From: Candidatus Omnitrophota bacterium
GTDB taxonomy: Bacteria; Omnitrophota; Gorgyraeia; JABMRG01; JAFGKX01
Length of the DNA stretch: 18,954 nucleotides
Reading direction: 5' to 3'
NCBI GenBank assembly: GCA_020354945.1
Contig: CP070655.1
Location: 655,970 to 674,923 of the forward strand
A program made the position numbers and the translations under genes. Each line of letters begins with the position of its first letter. The first letter of the stretch is position 1. The notes beneath the pieces were generated by a model. It did no database searches. It had not been told where the DNA came from and saw nothing but the letters and a program-made list of their open reading frames with translations. Shown here piece after piece: positions 1 to 8,206 of the stretch.

Positions 1-595
1 ATACCTTTTTGCTATATATTTAGGCATGCTTAAAGGCACAGTCTCAACACAAAAAGCAAAGAACATGTTAAGAAAGATGAATTCCATGCCGCAGATTTTA
101 ACCAAGATGCTGAATAATCAACAAACCACATTAAAGATAAGCAAGAGCCATCATAACAAAAGCTGCTTTCTTTATTTAGGCAGAAATATTAATTTCCCCA
201 ATGCCTTAGAAGGCGCGCTTAAGCTCAAAGAGGTTTCTTATATTCATGCCGAAGGTTACGGGGCGGGCGAAATGAAACACGGCCCTATTGCTTTAATCGA
301 CAAAGATATGCCCGTGGTATGCATTGCAACCCGCTCTTCGGTTTATGATAAGATGCTATCAAATATCCAGGAGATAAAGGCAAGAGGCGGGATAGTAATA
401 TCAATTGCCACAGAGGGCGATGAAAGAATAAAGGGGCATTCCGATCATGTTATATATATACCGGAGATAGACGAATTGTTCTCACCAATCCCGGTTGCCC
501 TATCCTTGCAACTTTTAGCCTATTATATTGCCGTGAAAAATAAACGTGACGTTGACCAACCCAGAAATCTTGCAAAATCTGTAACAGTAGAATGA
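1..595 (+). CDS. glmS: Glutamine--fructose-6-phosphate aminotransferase, C-terminal SIS domain (5'-truncated by window edge)
   Basis: Motifs ALEGALKLKEVSYIHAEGY, EMKHGPIAL and terminal DVDQPRNLAKSVTVE. The frame is open upstream of ATG 26 to the window edge, so the true start lies outside the window. Confidence 0.97.
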   Translation, partial: YLFAIYLGMLKGTVSTQKAKNMLRKMNSMPQILTKMLNNQQTTLKISKSHHNKSCFLYLGRNINFPNALEGALKLKEVSYIHAEGYGAGEMKHGPIALIDKDMPVVCIATRSSVYDKMLSNIQEIKARGGIVISIATEGDERIKGHSDHVIYIPEIDELFSPIPVALSLQLLAYYIAVKNKRDVDQPRNLAKSVTVE

Positions 596-1272
596 GCGGC
601 ATCCTTTATATAGTAGCAACCCCCATAGGGAACTTAAGAGATGTTACATTAAGGGCTATAGATACGCTTAAGAAAGCGGACTTAATTGCATGCGAGGACA
701 CCAGGCATACAAGGAAACTAACCACTCATTATAGCATAGAGACTCGCCTGATTAGTTATTTTGAATACAATAAATTTAAAAAATCAAAATATATCATCGG
801 GCTTTTGAAAGAAGGAAAATCAGTAGCCCTTGTTTCCGACGCAGGGACACCCGGGGTAAGCGATCCGGGCTATCGGCTTATAAAAGAGGCAATAGCAAAC
901 AGCATCAATGTAACTATTCTACCCGGGCCGAGCGCAATAATATCTTCATTGGTGGTCTCCGGGCTGCCCACAGACAGGTTTATTTTTGAAGGCTTTCTTC
1001 CTAATAAATCAGCCGCCAGAAGAAAAAGATTAGAATCTTTCAAAGACGAAAAACGCACAATAGTCTTTTATGAATCGCCCCACAGGTTGGTAAAATGCCT
1101 TAATGATATGCTGGAAATTTTTGGCAATATAAATATTGTGTGCATAAGGGAACTTACCAAGAAATTCGAGGAGATAAAACGCGCATCTTTAGAAGAATTG
1201 ATAAGTTATTTTCAGACTAAAAGGCCACGTGGGGAATTTGTGATTTTGGCAAACTCCAGGGCAAAACGATGA
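592..1272 (+). CDS. rsmI: 16S rRNA C1402 2'-O-methyltransferase RsmI
   Basis: LYIVATPIGNL, ACEDTRHT, VSDAGTPGVSDPG, YESPHR and RELTKKFEE motifs; ATGA overlap with glmS. Confidence 0.96.
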   Translation: MSGILYIVATPIGNLRDVTLRAIDTLKKADLIACEDTRHTRKLTTHYSIETRLISYFEYNKFKKSKYIIGLLKEGKSVALVSDAGTPGVSDPGYRLIKEAIANSINVTILPGPSAIISSLVVSGLPTDRFIFEGFLPNKSAARRKRLESFKDEKRTIVFYESPHRLVKCLNDMLEIFGNINIVCIRELTKKFEEIKRASLEELISYFQTKRPRGEFVILANSRAKR

Positions 1273-2078
1273 AAATTCATAAAACCGCCATGGTTTCAAA
1301 AAAAGCAAAGATAGCCAAGGATGTTGAAATAGGCCCTTATGTAATTATTGAAGATGATGTGGAGATAGGTTCTGGCGCCAAAATCGGCCACGGAAGCTAT
1401 ATATGTTCTGGTACTACCATAAGTAAGAATTGCAAGATATATAACAACGTTACATTGGGCGGCGAGCCTCAGGATGTGGCGTATAAGCCAGTAAGAAGCT
1501 TTCTTAAAATCGGCGATAGAAACACATTCAGAGAATATGTAACAGTTCATCGCGGCACAAAAAGGGGTTCGTCTACAGTTATCGGGGATGATAACTATTT
1601 TATGGCGCTTTCCCACGTAGCGCACAATTGCCGCATACATAACAATATTGTGCTTTGCAATAATGCGCTTTTAGCAGGATATGTGGAGGTAGAGGATAGG
1701 GCTTTTATATCGGGCAACGCCACGGTGCATCAATTTGTAAAAATAGGCACCATGGCGATGGTAGGCGGGGGAGTAAGGGTGATTAAGGATATACCACCTT
1801 TTATGCTGGCTAAAGAGGAAGGCGTTGTTAATTTCTATAATATTGTGGGATTAAAAAGAGCCGGGTTGCCTGTTGCTATTCGTAAAGAAATAAGAGAGGC
1901 CTATAAGATACTTTTTTTGTCAGGGCTTAATGTTACAAACGCAGTAAATAAAATAGAGAAAAGATTGCACTCAAAAGAAATTAATCACTTTGTAAATTTC
2001 ATAAGAGCTTCCAAGCGCGGCGTCTGCAGCGGCAAGAAACAGTTTCGTGCCAAATTTCCTCTTGACAGAACAGGATAG
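1269..2078 (+). CDS. lpxA: Acyl-ACP--UDP-N-acetylglucosamine O-acyltransferase (LpxA family)
   Basis: IHKTAMV start, hexapeptide left-handed beta-helix repeats, PQD, FREYVTVHRGT, HVAHNC, VHQF, DIPPF and the C-terminal helical segment NIVGLKRAG. Confidence 0.93.
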   Translation: MKIHKTAMVSKKAKIAKDVEIGPYVIIEDDVEIGSGAKIGHGSYICSGTTISKNCKIYNNVTLGGEPQDVAYKPVRSFLKIGDRNTFREYVTVHRGTKRGSSTVIGDDNYFMALSHVAHNCRIHNNIVLCNNALLAGYVEVEDRAFISGNATVHQFVKIGTMAMVGGGVRVIKDIPPFMLAKEEGVVNFYNIVGLKRAGLPVAIRKEIREAYKILFLSGLNVTNAVNKIEKRLHSKEINHFVNFIRASKRGVCSGKKQFRAKFPLDRTG

Positions 2079-2090
2079 CTGTGGTATAGT
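2062..2090 (+). promoter_or_regulatory. Sigma70-type promoter of the pyr operon
   Basis: TTGACA (2062-2067), 17-nt spacer, TG at 2082-2083, TATAGT (2085-2090); lies directly upstream of the PyrR leader. Confidence 0.85.
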
Positions 2091-2109
2091 CAACCAACAA
2101 TTCGGAATT

Positions 2110-2147
2110 TAAGCCTTTTAACTTGGTCCTGAGAGGCCGAGAAAGGG
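2110..2147 (+). promoter_or_regulatory. PyrR-binding RNA hairpin (anti-antiterminator)
   Basis: CCTTTTAA-CTTGGTCCTGAGAGGCCGAG-AAAGG closely resembles the PyrR site consensus (CCUUUAA...RUCCNGNGAGGY...AAGG) and lies upstream of pyrR. Confidence 0.9.
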
Positions 2148-2180
2148 AGAAATGCTGGATACTAAATATAATACAAAATA

Positions 2181-2223
2181 CCCGCAAAAGCTTACCATAT
2201 GAGCTTTAGGCGGGATTTTTTTT
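2181..2223 (+). terminator. Intrinsic attenuator terminator of the pyr leader
   Basis: CCCGC-AAAAGCTT-loop-GAGCTTT-AG-GCGGG followed by A and 8 T's (2216-2223). Confidence 0.85.
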
Positions 2224-2243
2224 GCCCAAATTAAGGAGCTATT

Positions 2244-2795
2244 ATGATCCTTAAGGAAAAAGCGAAGATTATGAATAAGGAGGCCATGGATAAAACCTTA
2301 ACCCGCATTGCTTGCGAGATAATAGAGCATAATAAAAACGTAAATGATTTAGCTATAGTAGGCATAAGAAACCGCGGTGAGCATTTAGCCAGAAGAATAG
2401 TTGCAATTATTGAAAAAAAGCAAAAAGAAAAGATTGCTTTTGGGGTGCTGGACATTACTCTCTATAGAGACGATTTGACCGCCCTTGCCCAGCAGCCCAT
2501 TGTTCACGAGACTTGTATAGATTTTGATGTGACTGCTAAACATATTGTCCTGGTGGACGACGTGCTTTATACGGGCAGAACCATTCGTTGCGCATTGGAT
2601 GAAATTATAGACTTTGGCAGGCCTAAATCTATCCAATTGGCAGTATTAATAGATAGAGGCCATAGAGAACTTCCCATAAGGCCTGATTATATTGGCAAAA
2701 ATATTCCTACTTCAGACAAAGAAATGGTAGATGCCAGAGTGGAGGAATTTGATACAAAAGATGAGGTCATTTTGGTGGAGAAAATAAATGATTAG
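2244..2795 (+). CDS. pyrR: Pyrimidine operon attenuation protein / uracil phosphoribosyltransferase PyrR
   Basis: LDITLYRDD, VLVDDVLYTGRT and DRGHRELPIRPDYIGKN motifs; SD AAGGAG at 2233-2238. Confidence 0.97.
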   Translation: MILKEKAKIMNKEAMDKTLTRIACEIIEHNKNVNDLAIVGIRNRGEHLARRIVAIIEKKQKEKIAFGVLDITLYRDDLTALAQQPIVHETCIDFDVTAKHIVLVDDVLYTGRTIRCALDEIIDFGRPKSIQLAVLIDRGHRELPIRPDYIGKNIPTSDKEMVDARVEEFDTKDEVILVEKIND

Positions 2796-2841
2796 TCTTC
2801 AGTAACTGACGACTGATAACTGGCAACTAAATAACTGAACA
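2792..2841. repeat. Heptamer inverted tandem array, family A (TCAGT / ACTGA)
   Basis: ttagtct tcagt | aactgac gactgat aactggc aactaaa t aactgaa ca ATG, filling the pyrR-pyrB spacer. Confidence 0.8.
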
Positions 2842-3801
2842 ATGAAGTGGCAAAGAAAAGACCTATTAGGATTAGAAGATTTAAGCGCGGATGAGATTAA
2901 TCTCATATTAAACACTGCCTCTTCGTTTAAAGAGATATCAGAGAGGCCTATTAGAAAGGTGCCTACTTTAAGAGGCAAGACAGTAGTTATGCTCTTCGTT
3001 GAGCCAAGCACCCGCACCCAAACATCATTTGAGCTAGCGGCAAAAAGGCTTTCTGCAGACACTGTTTCTATAGCCGCAAGCACAAATAGCATGCAAAAAG
3101 GCGAAACCTTAAAAGATACTGCCAAAAATATAGAGGCAATGAAAATAGATGCCCTCATAATTAGACATTCGTCAGCAGGCGCACCCCGCATGTTAGCAAA
3201 AGTGCTCACGCCCTGTGTAATAAATGCAGGTGACGGCTCCCATGAACATCCAACTCAAGGCTTGCTGGACATCTTTACTATAAAAGAAAAGAAAGGGCGG
3301 ATAAAAGGTTTAAATGTTTCTATTATCGGCGACATTATGCATTCCAGAGTAGCCCGCTCTAATATCTGGGGTTTGATAAAGTTAGGTGCAAACGTTACTG
3401 TATGCGGTCCGTCTACGCTTATCCCACCGGGGATAGAAAAGATGAAAGTCAAGGTTACAACAAGCGTGAAAGAGGCGATAACAAATACGGATGTTTTAAA
3501 TATATTGCGCATCCAGCTCGAAAGGCAAAAGGGTAAATTCTTTCCGTCTATAAGAGAGTATATGATAAAGTTTGGGATTGATTCAGAAATTTTAAAAGGC
3601 GCAAAGAAAGACATATTGATTATGCACCCCGGGCCTATCAACAGAGGGATTGAGCTGGCTCCGGAAATTGCAGATGGGCCTTATTCTGTTATATTAAACC
3701 AGGTAACCAATGGTGTTGCTGTACGGATGGCAGTTCTGTTTTTATTGCTGGGGAAGAGGAAAGCACCGTTTCTGGAACCAAGCAAAAAGGGACGTTTCTA
3801 A
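2842..3801 (+). CDS. pyrB: Aspartate carbamoyltransferase catalytic subunit
   Basis: [28 protein letters not shown] and MHPGPINRG motifs. Confidence 0.98.
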   Translation: MKWQRKDLLGLEDLSADEINLILNTASSFKEISERPIRKVPTLRGKTVVMLFVEPSTRTQTSFELAAKRLSADTVSIAASTNSMQKGETLKDTAKNIEAMKIDALIIRHSSAGAPRMLAKVLTPCVINAGDGSHEHPTQGLLDIFTIKEKKGRIKGLNVSIIGDIMHSRVARSNIWGLIKLGANVTVCGPSTLIPPGIEKMKVKVTTSVKEAITNTDVLNILRIQLERQKGKFFPSIREYMIKFGIDSEILKGAKKDILIMHPGPINRGIELAPEIADGPYSVILNQVTNGVAVRMAVLFLLLGKRKAPFLEPSKKGRF

Positions 3802-3826
3802 CCCGGATGCTTTCAGAAACGGTGCT
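3762..3826. repeat. 16-bp inverted repeat / long hairpin spanning the pyrB stop codon
   Basis: AGCACCGTTTCTGGAA (3762-3777) versus TTTCAGAAACGGTGCT (3811-3826): 15/16 Watson-Crick pairs plus one G-U pair. Confidence 0.85.
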
Positions 3827-3833
3827 ATAACTA

Positions 3834-5111
3834 ATGAAATTACTGATAAAAAACGGCAGAATAATAGATCCTGCCAATAAAATAAACAGGGTCTCGGATA
3901 TATTGCTGGAAAACGGCAAGGTATCAAAGCTGGCAAAAGATATAAAACCTAACGGCGCTGAGGCTATCGACGCTAAGGGAATGATTGTTGCCCCGGGGCT
4001 TTTTGATATGCATACCCACGTTAGGCAGCCGGGCAGAGAAGATGCAGAGGACTTTATTACTGCCTCATGCGCCGCTGCTAAAGGTGGATTCACAAGCATA
4101 ACCGCCATGCCAAATACCAATCCTGTATGTGATAACAGAGGGATAGTTGAATATATTATATCTGAGTCTCGAGGAAACGCCATTATAAATATATTTCCTA
4201 TCGGCGCTATTACAAAAGCGCAAAAAGGCGAGGATTTAGCAGAGCTCGCAGACATGAAAGATGCCGGAGTTGTTGCAGTTTCGGATGACGGCTCATCCGT
4301 TAAGAATGCCCAGCTTATGAGAAAGGCTCTTGAGTATTCAAATATGTTTAATGTGCCGGTTATATCTCACTGTGAGGACTTAAATCTGTCCCAGGGCGGG
4401 GTTATGAACGAAGGCCTTACGTCGACTCTGTTAGGCCTGCTGGGGATACCGAATATTTCGGAAAGTTGCATTGTAGCAAGAGATATTGCATTAGCAAATT
4501 TTACAAAGGCAAAACTTCATATTGCCCATGTATCAACTAAAGAATCTGTTGAATTGATAAGACAGGCTAAAGAAAAGGGCATAAATGTAACCTGCGAAAC
4601 CTGCCCACACTATTTTACTCTTACAGATGAAACGGTGAAAGGTTTTGATACAAATGCAAAGATAAACCCGCCGTTACGTACAAAAGAAGATAGAAAGGCC
4701 ATCATGGGAGGATTAAAAGACGGCACCATAGATGTTATAGCAACAGACCACGCCCCCCACACCGAAGCTGATAAAGATATTGAGTTTGACCTTGCCCCCT
4801 TTGGCATAATAGGCCTTGAAACAGCCCTTTCTTTAGCTATCAACGAATTAGTGGATAAGAAAATCATAAAGTGGGATGAGTTGATTAAAAAGATGTCATA
4901 TATTCCGTCGGAAATATTAGGATTAACAAATAAAGGGAGATTGTCAATTGGCGCAGACGCAGATGTTGTGATAATAGACCCTGATAAAAAATTCAAATTT
5001 GCCAAAGAGACAATAGTATCCAAATCTAAAAATTCACCCTTTATCGGAAGGAACTTTAAGGGTTGCGCGGTTGTTACCATATGTAGGGGGAAGGTAGTTT
5101 ATAAAGCATGA
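3834..5111 (+). CDS. pyrC: Dihydroorotase (type I, long form)
   Basis: DMHTHVRQPG metal-binding HxH, MPNT, HPHY-like CPHYF, KINPPLR and IATDHAPH motifs. Confidence 0.97.
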   Translation: MKLLIKNGRIIDPANKINRVSDILLENGKVSKLAKDIKPNGAEAIDAKGMIVAPGLFDMHTHVRQPGREDAEDFITASCAAAKGGFTSITAMPNTNPVCDNRGIVEYIISESRGNAIINIFPIGAITKAQKGEDLAELADMKDAGVVAVSDDGSSVKNAQLMRKALEYSNMFNVPVISHCEDLNLSQGGVMNEGLTSTLLGLLGIPNISESCIVARDIALANFTKAKLHIAHVSTKESVELIRQAKEKGINVTCETCPHYFTLTDETVKGFDTNAKINPPLRTKEDRKAIMGGLKDGTIDVIATDHAPHTEADKDIEFDLAPFGIIGLETALSLAINELVDKKIIKWDELIKKMSYIPSEILGLTNKGRLSIGADADVVIIDPDKKFKFAKETIVSKSKNSPFIGRNFKGCAVVTICRGKVVYKA

Positions 5112-5599
5112 AATCCTTAATCATATATTATTCGTATACCGGCAATACCGGCAAGGTAGCGGAGATTTTAAAAGGTATATTAAGCCAAAAAGGCCAGGCA
5201 GAAATTCATCGGCTAAAACCCACTGACGAATCAAACAACTTTTTTGTTCAGGCAGCAGGTGCCTTTACCGGAAAAAGAGCAAAGCTTCCGGAAGAATGGC
5301 TTGATTTATCAGGTTATGATTTAGTCTGTTTAGGTACCCCGGTATGGGCCTTTGCTCCTACCCCGGCAATTAATACATATTTAGATAAATGCAGGAACCT
5401 GGATGGAAAAGATGCAATTTGCTTTGTAACTTATGCAAGCGGTGCCGGCGTTAAAAGATGCGTAAATACTATGATTGAGAAGTTGAAGCAAAAAGGCGCG
5501 TTTAAGATATCCAGCTTTAATATACAGCAGGGAAAGGTAGGCGATGCAGAGTTTGTCGAGCAGGGAATAAAAGAGGCTTTAGAAATGTTTAGCGTATAG
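5108..5599 (+). CDS. Flavodoxin-family protein
   Basis: IIYYSYTGNT FMN-phosphate loop and YDLVCLGTPVW; ATGA overlap with pyrC. Confidence 0.88.
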   Translation: MKSLIIYYSYTGNTGKVAEILKGILSQKGQAEIHRLKPTDESNNFFVQAAGAFTGKRAKLPEEWLDLSGYDLVCLGTPVWAFAPTPAINTYLDKCRNLDGKDAICFVTYASGAGVKRCVNTMIEKLKQKGAFKISSFNIQQGKVGDAEFVEQGIKEALEMFSV

Positions 5600-5628
5600 C
5601 GGATAGTCAATTTCCCTATCCGCTAAAC
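5587..5628. repeat. Heptamer-based inverted array / hairpin, family C (GNNTAGC / GCTANNC)
   Basis: gtttagc gtatagc ggatagt | caatttc | cctatcc gctaaac, with a perfect 10-bp stem TAGCGGATAG (5597-5606) / CTATCCGCTA (5616-5625). Confidence 0.75.
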
Positions 5629-5635
5629 GGTGATT

Positions 5636-6091
5636 ATGAAATTCATAGTTACTAAAGAGTTGGGCAGGCTGGCTCGCTGGCTGAGAATACTTGGATATGA
5701 CACAGAATATTTTTTAAACAGCAATCGTTCGTCTTTGGTTATAACCAGCTTAAGAGATGAGCGCATAATCTTAACAAGAAACAGCCGGATGAGCCCTGTA
5801 AGCGGAATAAGGATAGCGAGAATTAAACACGATGAGTTAAAAAAGCAACTTGCCCAGGTTATGAAAGAATTGGATATAAAACCCGACGAGAAAGCATTAT
5901 TTACAAGATGCGTTTTGTGCAACAAGAAACTTAAGGAAGTGGAAAAAGAGACAATAAAAGGCAAGGTTCCGGAATATGTATACGGGGCCCAGAAAGATTT
6001 TGTAATTTGCCCTGGATGCGGAAGGGTTTATTGGCATGGTACACATTGGGGAAATGTCAGGAAATTATTGGCAGAGGCAAGGGTTGGATGA
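5636..6091 (+). CDS. Mut7-C RNase-domain protein (PIN-like fold with zinc ribbon)
   Basis: LGRLARWLRILGYDT, ERIILTR, FTRCVLCN and CPGCGRVYWHGTHW. ATG 5636 is preferred to GTG 5630 because it gives the family-typical MKF start. Confidence 0.88.
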   Translation: MKFIVTKELGRLARWLRILGYDTEYFLNSNRSSLVITSLRDERIILTRNSRMSPVSGIRIARIKHDELKKQLAQVMKELDIKPDEKALFTRCVLCNKKLKEVEKETIKGKVPEYVYGAQKDFVICPGCGRVYWHGTHWGNVRKLLAEARVG

Positions 6092-7326
6092 GATTTATAG
6101 CAGACTTACACATTCATTCAAAATATAGCCGGGCTACGAGCAAGGATATGGATATAGAACATATTGCACAATGGGCCAAATTAAAAGGTATTAATTTGGT
6201 AGGGACCGGCGATTTTACACATCCGAGGTGGTTTGAAGAATTAAAAAGTAAATTAACACCTACCTCCGGAGGGCTTTATCAATACAATGGCATAAATTTT
6301 ATTCTTACCGCCGAAGTTAGTAATATGTATTCCAAAAACGGAAGAGGCAGAAGGGTACACACCCTTATATTTGCGCCAGATTTTGAAACAGTTGAAAAGA
6401 TAAATAAAAAATTGGCTGACAGAGGGAATATCGTTTCAGATGGGCGCCCCATCTTCGGTTTTGATGTAAAAGATATAGTAAAGATGTGTTTAGACATAAA
6501 CGAGAATTGCTTAATTGTGCCTGCTCATGCATGGACTCCATGGTTTTCGGTATTCGGTTCAAATTCCGGGTTTGATTCCATAAGGGAGTGCTTTGAGGAA
6601 GAGGCGAAGAACATCTACGTCCTGGAGACAGGACTTTCTTCGGACCCCGGCATGAATTGGAGGCTGAGTGCTTTAGATAAATATACACTCATATCTAATT
6701 CCGATGCCCATTCGCCTGCAAAATTAGGAAGGGAAGTAAATGTTTTTGATTGTGAATTGGGTTATAAAGCAATTATAGACACATTAAAAAGAAAGGATAA
6801 GGCTAGATTGTTATTTACGGTGGAATTTTATCCGCAGGAAGGAAAATACCATTTTGACGGCCACCGCTCTTGCGAAATTAGATTCTCCCCGAGCGAAACC
6901 AAACAGCATAATCGAAGATGCCCTAAGTGCGGGAGGCCTTTAACGGTAGGGGTTATGAGCAGGGTAGATGAGCTTGCTGATAGAGAAGAAGGTTTTATCC
7001 CTAAAGATTCAATACCATATAAAAGCCTTGTGCCTTTAATGGAGATAATTGCTGAGGCCAGGCAAAAAGGTGTAGCAACAAAGACGGTTGAGGATGAATA
7101 TAAGGCTGCGGTGAGCCATTTCGGAAACGAATTTGCCATATTATTAGATGCCGGCGAGAAAGATATATCGGAGAAATTATCAGAGAATACGGCAAAAGGG
7201 GTTATGAAGGCAAGGAAGGGCGAGCTTAATATAGAACCGGGATATGACGGCATATACGGCACTGTTAAGATTTTTAAAGAAGAAGAGTTGACTCAAGCCA
7301 GAGACAAACAACTGGAGCTGTTTTAA
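6088..7326 (+). CDS. Endonuclease Q family protein (PHP domain + zinc ribbon)
   Basis: ADLHIHSKYSRATS, GTGDFTHP, PAHAWTPW, ETGLSSD, SNSDAHS, GKYHFDGHRSC...CPKCG and PGYDGIYG. ATG 6088 overlaps the upstream TGA (ATGA). Confidence 0.88.
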   Translation: MRFIADLHIHSKYSRATSKDMDIEHIAQWAKLKGINLVGTGDFTHPRWFEELKSKLTPTSGGLYQYNGINFILTAEVSNMYSKNGRGRRVHTLIFAPDFETVEKINKKLADRGNIVSDGRPIFGFDVKDIVKMCLDINENCLIVPAHAWTPWFSVFGSNSGFDSIRECFEEEAKNIYVLETGLSSDPGMNWRLSALDKYTLISNSDAHSPAKLGREVNVFDCELGYKAIIDTLKRKDKARLLFTVEFYPQEGKYHFDGHRSCEIRFSPSETKQHNRRCPKCGRPLTVGVMSRVDELADREEGFIPKDSIPYKSLVPLMEIIAEARQKGVATKTVEDEYKAAVSHFGNEFAILLDAGEKDISEKLSENTAKGVMKARKGELNIEPGYDGIYGTVKIFKEEELTQARDKQLELF

Positions 7327-7327
7327 A

Positions 7328-7363
7328 ATCAGTCATCAGTTGCTGAATACTGAATACTGAAAA
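7328..7363. repeat. Heptamer inverted tandem array, family A
   Basis: atcagtc atcagtt | gctgaat actgaat actgaaa a ATG, filling the spacer before pyrK. Confidence 0.85.
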
Positions 7364-8206
7364 ATGATACATACCAAAGCAGAAATATTGCTTAACCAAA
7401 GAATAGTGCCGGATCATTTTAAGATGGTTTTGCGCTTAAACGGATTTAAAGGCAAAATAAAACCTGGACAATTTTTTCATATAAGAGCGGGCAGTGGTTA
7501 TGACCCCTTGCTGAGGCGGCCTTTAAGCCTTCATCGTATCGGTGATAAACCAAATATAATCGAACTGTTGTATAAAGTTGTCGGCAAAGGAACACAGCTT
7601 ATGTCCCGGCGCTCAAAAGGGACTTACTTAGATGTAATAGGCCCGCTCGGTAATGGATTCAAAATAGAAAAAGCCCAAAGGAATTTTATAATAGTTGCCG
7701 GAGGCATAGGCGCGGCCCCACTTTTGGCTTTATGCGATGAATTGGCAAAATTTAGAAAGAAAAGCATCACCGTTGTTTTAGGTGCGAAATTTGCCAGTTA
7801 TATAGTTTGCGAGAAAGAATTTAAGGATTTAGGAGCTGAGGTATTAATAGTAACAGAAGACGGCTCAGAAGGGACTAAAGGTTTAGCCACAGATGTTTTA
7901 GTCGATGTTATAAAAAGATTTGACTTAAGAGCAACCACCGGCCCTCTGGCAGATAAAGACACATCGGGTATTACTATAGGCAGCTATCACCCCCTGGTTG
8001 GAGTTTATACCTGTGGTTGTAAAGATATGCTTAAAGAGATAGCAAAGATATGCAAATATTATAAGTTAAAAGCGCAGGCATCGCTGGAGGAAAGAATGGG
8101 TTGCGGCTTAGGGGCCTGTTTGGGTTGCGTAGTAAATACAATAAACGGATATAAAAGAGTTTGCAAGGATGGACCGGTGTTTGATTTATCGGAGATTGCC
8201 TTTTAA
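7364..8206 (+). CDS. pyrK: Dihydroorotate dehydrogenase electron transfer subunit
   Basis: PGQF, LRRPLS, GPLGNGF, GGIG and the [2Fe-2S] motif EERMGCGLGACLGC...RVCKDGP; adjacent to pyrD. Confidence 0.95.
   Translation: MIHTKAEILLNQRIVPDHFKMVLRLNGFKGKIKPGQFFHIRAGSGYDPLLRRPLSLHRIGDKPNIIELLYKVVGKGTQLMSRRSKGTYLDVIGPLGNGFKIEKAQRNFIIVAGGIGAAPLLALCDELAKFRKKSITVVLGAKFASYIVCEKEFKDLGAEVLIVTEDGSEGTKGLATDVLVDVIKRFDLRATTGPLADKDTSGITIGSYHPLVGVYTCGCKDMLKEIAKICKYYKLKAQASLEERMGCGLGACLGCVVNTINGYKRVCKDGPVFDLSEIAF

Noticed and set aside
26-595. Stand-alone 189-aa SIS protein
   Set aside because: The frame is open to the left edge; it is the C-terminal part of GlmS.
6007-6087. ORF-track start at 6007 for the EndoQ-like gene
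   Set aside because: It would overlap Mut7-C by 85 nt; ATG 6088 gives the family-typical start MRFIADLHIHS and an ATGA overlap.
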